The translations under genes were made by a program, and so were the position numbers. The notes under the pieces were generated by a model that made no database searches, was not told where the DNA came from, and saw nothing but the letters and a program-made list of their open reading frames with translations. Positions 36,198-49,697 of a stretch of DNA of 64,000 nucleotides are shown one piece after another. Source of the stretch: Bigelowiella natans CCMP2755 (lineage: Eukaryota > Protista > Cercozoa); NCBI GenBank assembly GCA_000320545.1, contig ADNK01001985.1, positions 1 to 64,000 of the forward strand, given 5' to 3'. Position 1 is the stretch's first letter; the number at the start of each line of letters is the position of its first letter.

Positions 36198-36376
36198 TGT
36201 TATTGTTGTTATTGTTGTTGTTTTGATGATGGTGATAACAACCTGGATATTTCCAAATTAAAATTTCCTAATTCTCACCCCCCCCTCCGAAGCGCATAAG
36301 CGAGAACCCGTGAGAAGGAGCTCAAGATAACAACCTATTGTTCGAAAGCGAGCAACAGTAACTTCTTGCAGCGGAC

Positions 36377-38000
36377 ATGATCAGGCGCAATATCCGTTTG
36401 CGGCGAGAATACCTTTACAGGAAAAGCCTGGAAGGAAAGGAGCGCTCTGAATATGAGAAGAAGAGACAAATTAGGAAGGTGTGATAACTAATGACCAGAC
36501 AGTAATAATGCTCATCGGATGAGCAGAATACCCTGAATGATATTCACTAGGCTTTGGAAGAAGGCAAGGCCATGCCTACGGAACTGCGAAATGAGACGGA
36601 TCAGCTCATGGACAACATTGGCTTCGATGATGAGCGTACAAAAGGTTTGAATCATTGACGATACCTGGACGCCCGTGATAACAAAGTTTCCGTCCATATT
36701 TCCCAGAGATGAGATCTACAATAGACGATGAGTATGCTAGCGCAGGAGTTGCAGGTATTATTTTCAGTGGTTGTGGTGCTTGTGGGAATGCTACCTCACA
36801 ATCACACATATACCTATACCATTCACACCGTGGAAAATTTGTAATAACACATGTATTATTCATGCACTTTCGTCAAATTTGGCTAAGAAATTTTGATATC
36901 GTGCGATGTCATGGCTGCAGACCCGAAGATTCTGCTGACGACATCCCACCATCCATCCTCGCGGCTTTCACAATTTGCGAAAGAGCTTAAGCTAGTGTTC
37001 CCTAATACACAGAGACTGAACCGGTCACAGCTATACATTTTCCATTCTCAGCCATACTTTTATTGTGCATGGAGACAATAAGCTTTGGCTAATGCATCTC
37101 ATAAACCTTGCTCAGCGGGAAAACGCAGATAAAGGAACTAATGGATGCAGCACGAGCAAATGACGTCACGGACGTGATTATAGTCCATGAGACAAGAGGT
37201 GCACCGGATGGCATGATAATTTCCCACATGCCATACGGCCCTACAGCCTACTTTGGGTTGAGTGGAGTGATTTTAAGACATGATATACAGGTAGTAGATA
37301 ATAATACACCGTCATCACCTAAGAAGACACACATGCACATAGCCTCAACCACACAAAATGATGTTGTTCACATTACACAATCCCACCTGCTACTACTACT
37401 ACTACTACTACTACTACTGCAATTTCTTTTACTATTGCTAATAATAGTGCTACTACATTATTATTCTAGGATAAGGAAATAGGGCCGATGTCAGAGGCGT
37501 ATCCCCATCTAGTAATGCCTCATTTCAGCTCAAATTTGGGCCTTCGAGTGAAGACCATCCTCAAGTATCTCTTCCCGGTATATGAAGAAGAAGAAGAAGA
37601 AAAATAAGAAGAAGAAAAGAAGAAGAAGAAGAAGAAGAAGAAGAAGAAGAAGAAGAGCGTGCTATTATGCAATTCATGCATGTGGGGAAAGACTCGTATG
37701 GTCCTAGTTATGAGTCAGCATGAATAAAACGTATCATATATGTACTCACAAGGTACATCATTTTAAATATGCTGTTGGATATTGCCAAGGTTCCCAAGGC
37801 AGATTCCAGGAGAGTTATCACCTTTGCAAATGTCAATGACCAAATATCATTCCGTCACCATACGTACAAGAAGCCCAGCCACAAAGAAGTAGATCTGCAA
37901 GAGGTATTAAACTTGCGTGAACAGCAATAGCCAACGATAATCTCTCCGACTGTCATGAGTGTGTTGAAAAGGATCATACAACAACAATTTAAAATCATAT

Positions 38001-38049
<49 letters not shown>

Positions 38050-38392
38050 TTGTATATACATGTGTGTGTGTGTGTGTGTGTGCGTGTGTATTACGGTATA
38101 TGTTCTCTCACACAACACACCCAAACACAAACACAAGCAAGGCGCGCACAAAGGCTGAAGGTATGCATCATCATTTAGGCTGGACCTCGATTTGAAATGA
38201 AACTATACCAAATCAAACTGGGAACTCATGAAATGCGTGAGGCGGATGATGAATGGGTTCTAAGGTGCGTGCATAGAGATTTGCTGAGATCTTCATTAAT
38301 GATATTTAACAGTACTCTTCTAATGTCTCCTTTATTCATTTCTACTATTCAGGCCGTACATGAACACTGCAAAGAAGCGCCGAATACTATAG
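36377..38392 (+). CDS. IMP4: U3 snoRNP protein IMP4 (Brix domain)
   Basis: [19 protein letters not shown]...[39 protein letters not shown]...[23 protein letters not shown]...MSEAYPHL...[15 protein letters not shown]...[17 protein letters not shown]. Confidence 0.97.
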
Positions 38393-38636
38393 CTACTTGG
38401 AGCATGTGGATTTCCTCTTGCTAGCTTGGCTCTTACTTTGCGCCGGTATCTGCGACAACTGGAACAGCATCTTGTACTTTGTGTCATCCCATTTTCGCGA
38501 TTCAAGAGCATCGTCATGTTGTCAAATGTGCCCAATGACTGACATGTTCACCAATGTTCGCACCATATGTACATGACAAAGTGAGTAACAATGGTCCATC
38601 AACTTGATGAAGTGATCATTGCGGCTGTGGCACTGC

Positions 38637-38950
38637 TTTAGTCGGCCAAAAAGGTTGATTGTCACGCTATACGTACATTGTTACTGTGTCATTCTGCGCC
38701 AGGGAGAAACAGCACAGGATTGCGCCTCGATCAGCACATCTAGCTAGACACAGCGTGCATAGCACAATGCATGGCTGCAACTTACGCGTAGCATATAGCT
38801 GCGTCAGCGATGCATGCAAGTCGATCGCCACACACATTATACATGTCGCTCTTCTTACTCTCTCGCACAATTAGTACGATGCACCGTTTGGCACTTGAAG
38901 CTCTTGCTCGTGTTAACAGATATTGCACCTCGTGTGCATACTTACGTCTG
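38637..38950 (+). repeat. Dispersed ~300-bp repeat, copy A
   Basis: Aligns to the reverse complement of 44530-44814 (shared blocks tttagtcggccaaa, gagaaacagcacagga, cacttgaagctctt, agatattgcacctcg). Confidence 0.9.
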
Positions 38951-39098
38951 ACGTATTATACCTGTCTTAGAATGCACTAGAATGGATATTCATCCAGACA
39001 CGAACTTACATTTACTAAACTGATCTATAAGGATCGGCCGGCTAGTATATAAGATTTGATGCCGCTTCTGCTACGGTATGCATAATCATATGCAGCAA

Positions 39099-39563
39099 CT
39101 ATTGTCTCTTAGAATCCCAATGTTCGTGGTCTACTTCCTCGACCTGCAAGTACCTCTTTCCCTTGACACTCACCCAATATACACAGCTTTTACACCTTCT
39201 CTCATTCCCCGTCATCGAGCGCTCCATGCTCCAGATCAGCCGTGCCTTCTCGAGCTGCCAACGTTTATCCGCCTCGTCACTAATCCGGGCATAGGTGTCC
39301 CCCATCTTGGCTATGAGCATGTTGACGAGGAGGACGGATAGAAGAACAACATAGATCAAAGCTAGGGAGGTAGTAAGCCTTCGGTAAGGCGCCAGTCGAT
39401 ACGTCTCCAGCTCAAAAGAGCCCAGCATTGCTGCAATACAGTACTCAACCTGATCTAGCAAGCCTTGATTGCCTTCGCCAACATTGACTCCCAGGAGGTG
39501 GAAGGATGTTGAAAATCCCCCAAGAAAAACGAACGCGATCATAAGGAACACTCCCTGGAAAGC

Positions 39564-39595
<32 letters not shown>

Positions 39596-40328
39596 ACGAC
39601 TGGTTTGGACAACATTCGTGTTTGATGCAACGCTATCCCCAAGAAATCCCCCCCCCCCACCCCCCCCTCACTACCCCCTCATAATGCACGGGAACATACA
39701 ACAATAAACGACTCAGTACTCACCATATCAGAGATGATCATGTTGTAGAGCATGATGACGTAGTGGCCGGTGAATCGAAAGCCAAGCAGCACCCAGAGGA
39801 GATTGAACCAGATCCCAAGGGACAATATCGAGAGGGCAGCATTTTCATCAATCACACTCCCACCACTGATACGGCACCAGATTGCTATAAGAATTGAGAA
39901 CATGCAAGCTAACGATGAAACGCTCTGGAGCTTTGCCACCCCGTGCCGCAGGACATGGTCCCGGATGCTGTCGTGCATGTTCACCTCCCGTACATGCTTC
40001 CAAGTATTTCTGGAGGTGAGTGCCACCAGCAGGAGCTCAAACACAGCTCGAGCTCTTGATGAGCGTGGCAATAGAACCGCGATGAGGAAAACGATGATAT
40101 ATCCGATGGTACCCAGGGACTTTTTGACGAACTGGCGGCGTCCAAACGCCGCCCACTTTCTGTCTACAAGGTCTTTGATCCGAAGAAGGGATATCAACTC
40201 AAGACGCTCTTGCAGGATCAGGTGCTCCAGAGCACCCCGTCTGCTAACACGCCATACACACAAACACACACACACACACAATTCACGAAACATGAATTAG
40301 GTAAAATTCGAATGAAACGTAGATGAGG

Positions 40329-40366
<38 letters not shown>

Positions 40367-41496
40367 TGATCATAATCAATTTGGCAAGCAAGCATGAGAC
40401 ACCACACCTACACATACACACATACACACATACACACACACACACGCTCTTACTTACACTTAACACATAATTCACACCTTGTTGGATCTAATGGATCAAG
40501 TTCTTCCAAGTCGTATAAAGTGCATGTAACAGGTCCGTATTTCCAAAGCGTCTGCAAGAGGAGGAGGAGGAGGAAGAATAAGACGAAGACAAAGAAGAAG
40601 AAGAACTCAAATAAATTATGATAGCCCCTGCCGCGTCATCTCATCATCCAACGAAAATTAAAGATGCAAGAAATTGAGGAGAGGCCACAGCAGCAGCGAA
40701 TGATAAATGGGCTACCTGTCGGTTTGTTTCTAGGACGTGCTGAAACATTTCTTTAGATCCTACCGAAGCGGCGAGGGTCAAGCAAGATTCGCCCTTTGCG
40801 TTCCTCACCATGGACAAGTCGCTTCTTCGTTGGGGGAAGGGGGCATTGGAGGGGGTTTTGATAATCTTTTGGCGGTTGGTCCATTCTTGCGCTAACAGGT
40901 CGTACATGTCCTTCATTCCTGCGGAATAGTTTTCCCATCAACATTGATACTGAATGCATGCGTATAATTGTGCGTGAAGAATCGATCGATGACGTGCAGA
41001 CAAGCAAGCAGACATACCGTGTATTACTGCCATGTGCATTGCTGTATTTCCGCAAAAATGATCTTGAGCCTCCATGTTAGCCTGAAGAAGGCAAACCATT
41101 GAACGATGACGACGACGATGATGACGACGGTGATTGTGATGATTATAACGGGTTCTTAGTCATGCACAAATTGAGATGGATGTACTACAGACGAATATGC
41201 TATGTAGTGGCGTGAAGGCCTACTTACTACCTTTTTGTCGAGTAGGTAGAGCAAAATATCAGGCTGGTTCGTTGATACTGCGAAACTCAAAGGATACCCA
41301 CCGTAATAGCACGGTTTGCCAGGAGAGAAGAAGTTGCCTTTAAAGGACGAGGTGGAGGGCAGTAGTTACATTCCATCACAATGTCACTACTACTACAACT
41401 GCTACAATTGTTAGAATCAAACGGTCAACCTGTGACTTCTTGGTGTAGCTGGTTTGGGCAAGCCTCAACCAACAGCTTTACCAGTTCTGAAAGAGT

Positions 41497-41534
<38 letters not shown>

Positions 41535-42481
41535 AATGCTGTTACTACTGGTGCCTATGGACTTATTAGCAAGGCGAACACGCATGTTCCATTGCACTTA
41601 CCGATGTTTTGGTTAACAATAGCGATGTGGAGACAGTTTTCACCCCGATATTCCGTCCTGGTCCATATACATAGCAGTTAAAGGCATTGTTGGCCCTTAT
41701 TATTATTATTCTTATTCTTATTATTCTTATTATTATTACTATTATCTGATTTTGCTTGCTTATGTTTGACGTATATTAGATATCAGTGCCTGCTGCCTCA
41801 CCCGGTATATATGTCCTGGCAACGATGAGGATATGCTGTTATGAGCGATTTTGCTATCCTTAGGTGGTCGGGACCATTGTAAAGGCAAAGGAGGTGGAGG
41901 GGGGCCGCGCCGACTGAGTCTCTGGAACTGAATACATGCTCCTCCCCCACATCCTCGAGCAGTTTCATCAAAGCATCCTCTTTTGCATTCAGTAGCATAT
42001 TGTGGATCTTAAAGCCAAAAGACAAACCGGGAATTAGGAGAATGGGCTTTTATACAAAGGGATAAGACAATATTGAATTTGATTTACCGTCCCCTCGCGG
42101 TGTGCCATTTCGCTTGCAGTCCGAGAACATATTTGCAGACCATATTCACAAACATTGCCAAATACAAATTCGTCAGGTAATAAAAGATGCCACAGCAGCT
42201 GAAAATCAGTTATTGTCTTACGTCTGCTTTTCAACATTCGTGAGCAGTTGGTCTTGGTCACTTGTCGAGCGTTCCAAAGTCTCCACGAATCCGTCTTGGC
42301 ACGGGATCTTCTCTTCTTCGTGATCTTCCGAATCAGCTGCTGGAGCCGACGAGTGCGAGGAGGAAACCCTACTGTCTTGTCCGCTATTCCGGACGCGTTG
42401 GCGCTTCCTCCTCCGGGGCGAGGGCACACTTCGGACCGACGCCGACCGCGACCGTGTTCGGGGGCGGAGGGCGTAGCTCAT
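39099..42481 (-). CDS. TRPV-like cation channel (ankyrin repeats, 6TM pore, TRP helix)
   Basis: GAAPLHL, YRGENCLHIAIVN, GNFFSPGKPCYYGGYPLSFAVSTNQ, GNTAMHMAVIH, GESCLTLAASVG, LWKYGPVTCTLYDL, GFRFTGHYVIM, LLVNMLIAKMGDTY..ADKRWQLEKARLIWSMERS. Confidence 0.93.
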
Positions 42482-42837
42482 GCCGAAAGTTGGTGATTGG
42501 CAGGAAGAAAATTATACCGAAAACATCTGTACTATTATTGGTGCGACACGAACATCGCTGTGTCGCAAGGCTTTTTCCCCGTTCGGGCACATGTCGTTGT
42601 TTGTATCGGTCAGATGTTGTTGTCGTAGGTTAGAAATAGGCTGTGTTTCGCTTTATTTTTACAGCCTACTGCTAGTTGCCTCAAAACCCAGCATCATGTC
42701 GAAGGATGAAAGGCGGTTCGCTGAGACGACAGTCTGAGTTTGATGCAATCCACGCCCAACTGATTGGTGCAATAGCTTAGAATCAATGATTTTTTCCTTC
42801 GGCTGAAGAGCTTCTTTGATCACACTATCGAAGAGCG

Positions 42838-44504
42838 ATGTCCTACGCCATTGAATGTAAGATAGGGGCAGCGCTACTTGTAGATTGTAGACTACCTAGA
42901 AGCCCATCCTATGATTGACATTTGATCTAGTCCTTCATATCAACCGTAAATACTACCATCTCACTTATTTAGGGGTTGTCTCCGATCTGCTCAAGGCCTG
43001 CATTTCCACGATCCAATTTTCGCTTGCGATTCGCCAAACGCTCAAAACAAGAAACTCAGCAAACCGCCACATATCCATGTCCTATCTAGTCTACTCTATG
43101 AGTTTTAAATAATCTAAGAACAATATGCTTCTTTTTTCTAACAGTTTATGCGCATTTTCTGCCTTCACTATTCTGGTATGGAGCCTGGTAATATCAGGGA
43201 TGGGATAGGTAGAGCTTGCCTTTGTGACAAATATTTGACGTCTACTTTCATTACTTACAGACAACACATGATCCTTGGGCTACTGACTGGAGGGTATCTA
43301 TAACGGCAAATATTGTATCAACCGTAAGTGCAACTTCTGAGGCATAAAATTGTGCAGATAAACATATATCTCTCAGGCTTCGCTGCTGGAGACTCTTCAA
43401 TACTTGACTCTTCTAGCATCGATTGCGGCTTATACGTCAGTAAATCTGCGGCAAAAGGCACCACAGTGGGGTTCCAGATTTCTCTCTTTTGGTGATTTCG
43501 TGTTGAAATGTTTTGACTTTCAATTTATTGGGAGAAGTGAGTCCCAAACTAATAGTACTTATGTGTAGGTATGGTTCTAGTCGCTATCTCTTCGATGATT
43601 TCCCTCGTGGGTGTCCTCATTACAAGCGATCAAATTTGGCTAGTCTGCCGCCAACTAGTAATTCCAATCGTCTTCTTCGCCTCAGGTTCCAAACTATCTG
43701 TACATGGTACGCGTAGTGTGTATTTCCACTAACATACACGTTGCTACATTAGGCTCTTACTTTCTATATTCCATATCACGGCTTTACCATCTCATAAAGA
43801 CACTACAGCAACAACGTTTCCTCCGCTCTTTGAAGCAGGAGTCAAAGACTACTGGAAGCCAAGTGGATCATCCGAAATCACACAAAACCTTAACAATCGC
43901 GGCCTCTTCTTCCAACTTATACAACAATGAGTATAGCACGAATACCATATCACCCCGAGTTCAATCATCACCTGTAAATCTAGTGCGCACATCAACCAAT
44001 CAGCCTTCCAGCCGCACCACACATGGCGCAGCTATTAGAGATGAGGGCGCTAACAAACGTCCTTTCCACCACAGCTCTCCACGCTTTGCTCCACGCCAAT
44101 TGCTGAAAGATGTATCAGCGGACGGTGAAATAAGACAAGCAACATCATGTAATGGTGGTGGTGGAGGAGACAATATCTCGCAGACAAAGCTTGGTGCTGC
44201 CTCGGATAATCGCAAATCCGAAGCAACGATGTTATGAAGGAGTATGATAAGCGCGCAGTCAAGAGCTAGAGCTGTTGTTGAACACCGAGTTCTACGTAAA
44301 ATCTGCGTGCTTAGAGCAATTGGGTTCATCTTGATCGTCCCTCTCACATTGATATTTGCATCGTTCGCACTGATTTTCCTTCAAACCGAAGAAACACGAG
44401 AGGAGGCATGGGAGAAAAACAGGAGTTCATACGACGTTGCTGGAGACATGCTCTACTATATAATGCTATTCTGCAACGGATATGCAATTTTTTATAATCA
44501 TTAG
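42838..44504 (+). CDS. Multi-pass (about 7TM) membrane protein with long Ser-rich loop
   Basis: Several hydrophobic exons (LCAFSAFTILVWSLVI, TLQYLTLLASIAAY, VLVAISSMISLVGVLI, GSYFLYSISRLY, IGFILIVPLTLIFASFALIF, MLYYIMLFCNGYAIFY*). There is an in-frame TGA at 44235 unless it is spliced out. Confidence 0.6.
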
Positions 44505-44529
44505 AATCATCAGCTTGCTTGAATCGATA

Positions 44530-44814
44530 AACGATGTAAGTTTGCACATGCGAGGTGCAATATCTATTGACATGGGGAAGAGCTTCAAGTGTCAGACGGC
44601 GTATTGATTGCGCGAGAGCGCGACATGTGTAATATGTATGGCGACTGCATTGCCGACACAGCTGTGTGCTACGCATAATTTTCAGCTATGCATGCTGTGT
44701 CTAGATGTGTTGAGATGCATTCCTGTGCTGTTTCTCTCTGGCGCAGATACATCATAGTCAACAATGTGCGTAACGTGACAATCATATAATCAACCTTTAT
44801 TTTGGCCGACTAAA
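44530..44814 (-). repeat. Dispersed ~300-bp repeat, copy B (inverted relative to copy A)
   Basis: Reverse complement aligns with 38637-38950; begins about 25 bp after the stop codon at 44504. Confidence 0.9.
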
Positions 44815-45197
44815 CTAGTAAGGCAGTCTAAGGCAAGGGCCAATGATGACTAGGGCGCGTGTGAGCATGGCAGATAGGACATGGAGGAAGAGAATGAACA
44901 GAAAGGCGCATGAGCTCATGTAAATGAGTTCCGCATGATCTTGTTGTGTACATGCAAGCGCCACAATTTATTCTTAGTTTGCCTTCGTGCATAAAATCAC
45001 TTTCGCACAATCAAAGTATTCATACCAATGGTGGTAATGCACAGTACAAGAGTAGTACGTAGTGCTCTAGGCAAACTAGAAATCTTCGACAATAGTTATG
45101 ATAATTAATAAATTTGACGTTGCAATAATCATTCGACATGCTGCATTCACAGTTGCTGCGTATGTACGTCGATATCTAGATACATGTGATGGCGATG

Positions 45198-45760
45198 CTA
45201 GGTTACGTCTTCAACCCTATCAGCATTATTAATACTACTTCTCTCTTCCTCTCCTCATTTGTTGTGGTGTGTTTGGAGGAGTGAAGAATACTTGCAACAA
45301 ACACCAGATATTTGTATTTACATCGGTCATATTTTCTTCTCATAGAATCTGTGCTTGCTTGTGTGTGTGTGTGTGTGTGTGCGTGCGTGCGTGTGTGCCC
45401 ATTGCCTAGGGAAGGTCGGTAAGACAGCCTCATTCATTTCTCTGTCTCTTCTGTGTACTTTTAGTCCCGGATGCTGTTCGCATTCACACCCCCAGCACCA
45501 GCAGCACTGCTACCTTTTGCTGATTGATCTATTTCTCCGCCATTTGTGCTAGTGGCGGCTGGTATTCCGCCCGTCTTCTTGCTATCCATTGCTGCTGCTG
45601 CCGCTGCTTCTGATGCCGACTTCGCGGCCTTCTCTTTGTCTTCGGTGTTGAATTGCTAAGATGTAACAAAGTGTGTGTGTGCGTGTGTGTACCAGATATC
45701 AAAAATGATGGGGAGGGCGGGAGGGAGGGAGGGAGAGATAAAGCAACAGTCACTCACTAT

Positions 45761-45793
<33 letters not shown>

Positions 45794-47240
45794 AACTACC
45801 TTATTGATCCAAGACTGAACACCACGGAATATTGGCGCTAATACACTATCTGGACTAACTGTTAAAGAGCCTATTCACCCAACGACACGACATACGCAAC
45901 ATAACGTAACACAACACCAATCAATTACCACAACAAACGATATACTCACCGTCATCATCATCATCATAATCATCATCATTCATCATCACCGCTTTAACCA
46001 TCAAACTTTCATTCTGTATCTACGGTAACTGTTTTGTTGGTTTCAGCATATATACTCACGCTATTACTACCTAGCGACGTGGCAGCTCCAGCACCCATCG
46101 CAGCACTCATTTCCATCTTCTGCTGCTCTACTTGGTTGTATTGCCTCAACTCATCGGCGCGAGCATTCAGACCAAGATCATCTTCCATCTGTGCCCATGC
46201 GAGCCAAGATGCCTCCTACGCAAGTTCCAAATTTGTCATCATCATAATCATCATCATCATCATCATCATCACTGATATGTTGTTGTTCCTGCTGTCGATA
46301 TTATAAGGGTTCTGACTGACCGATTTCGAGTCGGCTTTGACTGCACATGAGAAAAGGGTGCGAGCAAGATTGTAGTTCTTCTCCCTCTTCTCCAGCACCG
46401 CCCACGCTTGGAATACCTGCGGAGAGAGATATCAAGGAGGATGATCCTCAGGAACAGTGATAATAAGGACCACATAACAATCAAAATATGTTGTTCTATT
46501 TCTTCTTCTTCTTCTCAGTAACCATATGTGCTATAATACCCTCGACACATCACGCGAGTTTGGCCCTGCCCATACTCCTTGCTGAAAGAGCTTCCTCGCC
46601 ATGGTGTAGTCCCCCTCTAGGTACTCGAGAACCCCCCATGCCTGCCAGGCCTGAGAAAGGGGGAGGAGGAGCAGTAGGAGGAGGAGGAGGAGGAGGAGCA
46701 GGGGAAAGATGTAAGCAAGAAGACTAACTGGCGGACGTTATTAGTACAATTTTTAGATATATTTTCTGGTTTGATAGTATTAGCACGATACAACACAAAC
46801 ACACACCACCACCACCATCACCATCATCGTTTTCTTCCATGATAATACGCATCACCGCCGCACTACTACTCATGATTACTGAGAGCACAGAGAACAGAAA
46901 AACGAACCGGGATGTGCTTGGCATCAGCTTCTGTGCCCTTCTGCAGTAATTCACGGGCGCGCGTGACGTTTCCTATCTCGTATTCTAGCAGCGCCCATGC
47001 TTGCAGGATAGCTGCGTCCCTTGGATTAAGTTTGTGCCCTAGATGATGGTGTCGTTGTAATAGTAGTAGTAGTAGTAGTAGTAGTAGTAGCAGTAGATGA
47101 TGATGATGGTTATGATGATGACAATGACAACGACTACGTTCAAGATGATAATGATGACGAAGATGATGATTGACGTGTAGATAGCTCATCAAAAGGTAGC
47201 ATAATGGATATCGTCGTCGTTTTTGTTAGCGTTCGTGATT

Positions 47241-47271
<31 letters not shown>

Positions 47272-47944
47272 AAAACCATCGCATCATTACCGTCCTTGAA
47301 CAGCTGTTCGGCCTTCTCGTAATTGCCCTGCTCCTTCTCCCACACTCCCCACGACAGGTATGTGTATCGTGACTTTGGATTGACGGCAAGCGCCTTTTGG
47401 TACAGGTACCGCACAACGTCTGCATTGCCGTGTTTTCCTTCCATCTTCGCCCACGTGTGCCATAACGCATCGCTGTTACTGACGAGCGGGGAAGCTTTCG
47501 TACCGCGCATATACCACTGTCGCGCCTCATCAATGGACCCCATTTGCTCCAAGACAAGGCCGAGCGATTGGTACAAATACGGGTTCGCAGCGTCCTCGGT
47601 GTTCCGAATACCCTTTGTGAATATATCTGCTGCGCGCCTTAAGTTTCCTTGCCGCTTCTCGAGCAAGCCCCATCCTGTGGCAAACAACAACAGAAACAAC
47701 AACAAATAATGATTGCTACTACAACATAAATCGAGAGAAAGAGGAGGAGGAGGAGGAGGAGCTACCATGCCATGCGGCGGCGTGAGACGACTTTGCGGTT
47801 ACGGCGCCTTCATAAAGTTTCCTAGCTCTCCCAACATTGCTTTGCTTTGCGTGTAAGTTAGCCCACGCCGTCCAGATATACGGGTTGCTTCCAGCAGTCA
47901 TCCGTGTTGCTTCTTCGTACAGCTCCTCGCCCTCCCCATATCTA

Positions 47945-47982
<38 letters not shown>

Positions 47983-48764
47983 CAAGAAAACTAGCATGCA
48001 CTAAATCTGATCTCCTTTCTTTTTACGCGAAACAGCAGCAGATTAACGCAGCAACCACGTACCGTTTCTGGTTCATGAGAAGCGTGCCGAGGCCTATGGA
48101 ATAATCATTAAGTTGTGTAATTGTGAAGCCGTAGTAAGACAATGTCGGATATTCGCTGATGCTTTATATATTAGAGGTGGAAGCATGGAAATAGCATACA
48201 TACAACATTTAAACGGAAGAATAAAGTTTTTGTGATGAAATCACAATAATGGACTGTGCTCACCACAGGGCTGACGAGGTCTTCGTGAAAACAATCACTA
48301 CTCACTTAGTTCGCATCAACACTAGCATCATCATCATCGTTATCATCATCATCATCATCATCATCATCATTACCAACGTACGCGCGTCCATCGGTAGGAT
48401 TCATTGAGAGACAGCGCTTGAAGATTTTCTCTGCATTCATGCTCGCTCTTTCCTGAAAAGGGGTGAGGAGGCATTTTAGTCGGTTGGTGTTGCAGCATGT
48501 AAACAGGATACATCGCAACTAAACACCTATCTGCATTATCGAGGAGATGGTGTGTTGTAGCGTTGATGTCATACCCGGCTATAACCGTCAGGCTGCTTTC
48601 GAAACGCTCGGCGCTCAGAACGAGCACGGTAGAGCAGAAAGTCTGTGTTGACTCTTCTGATCTGGGATGGCTAACGAATGATGCGGGAGAGGGAGGGGCG
48701 ATGTGGGAGTAGGGGGGGGAGGAGAAGGAGATGATGCAGCAGTCGAAGGATCAGAGGCGTGTAT

Positions 48765-48803
<39 letters not shown>

Positions 48804-49582
48804 GTTCTTGTGTGTCCAATTGTAGTACAATGATTGCTGGTGTACTAATACGATCTACCAACACTACTACCTTCATAGATTTACTGGTGTCCTCTATCCT
48901 CCGGTTTTCTAATTCGCGCTCCACCATCTCCACGCTATTCGTGGTTGAATGAAGCGAGAGGTGTCTTCGTTGTCCTATGGTGGTTGGATCCGGTGGTTAA
49001 GGTATTCTTTTTATTGAAATGATGCAAGCGACTATCGTTCCCTAATCATAGAGTGGTGCGCCATAACGTGCTTGTTTTATTTGAAAATACTTTAAAAGTG
49101 TGAGTTCCTACCAGATTGCTTGTAGTCACCGAAAGTTCCCACAGCGGGAAACCGATGGGATTGCACAAACAAATGTTGCTGCTGCCGCGACTCGATGGGG
49201 CCGTTGCGTATCAGTCTGAGCGAATTGGATAGAGTGACGGTGAAAAATGAGAGGGAGGAAGAGGATAATAACGTATACAACATCATCACCCCTCCTTTTC
49301 CCTGTTCTTGGTCGAGAAACGGAAGATTTCACAAGTACTATTACACGGTTGGTTCGTCGTCACTTTCATCAAACGGTTTAGTGAGAACCTGTGGTGGATG
49401 CATCCATGTGATGATCGGGATGATGCCGGCGATGATCTAGACCACAATGAGATTCCCATTTCCGCCCGATCTGCTGGGTTCACCAACCCAATTGTCATCG
49501 CAGTTGCTACGATGAGGAGGAGGGAAAGTAGGGGGGGCACCCGAGCTTTTATCGGTGTGCCTACGTCCCCGAATTCCCTCAT
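45198..49582 (-). CDS. HCF107: HAT/TPR-repeat plastid RNA maturation factor, HCF107/Mbb1-like, with bipartite leader
   Basis: VNTDFLLYRAR, CLSMNPTDGRAYVGLG, NPYIWTAWANL, HAAAWHGWGLLEKRQGN, GHKLNPRDAAILQAWALLE, VFQAWAVLE, SWLAWAQMEDDLG..RADELR. N-terminal LLSLLLIVATAMTIGL is followed by a Ser/Arg-rich segment. The C-terminal exons are approximate. Confidence 0.85.
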
Positions 49583-49697
49583 ACCTTCCACTTTAAATCT
49601 GCTTTCAATTTATTTCGATCCAGCAAATAAGATTTTTTAAACCCCCGCAAACCGGTTTTGCGGGGAGAGGGTGTGAGGGAAGGGGGGGGCGAGGCTG

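Noticed and set aside
38637-44814. Pack-type transposon with 300-bp TIRs carrying the TRPV and 7TM genes
   Set aside because: No target-site duplication, patchy similarity continues beyond the apparent ends, and the copies are highly diverged; independent dispersed copies are simpler.
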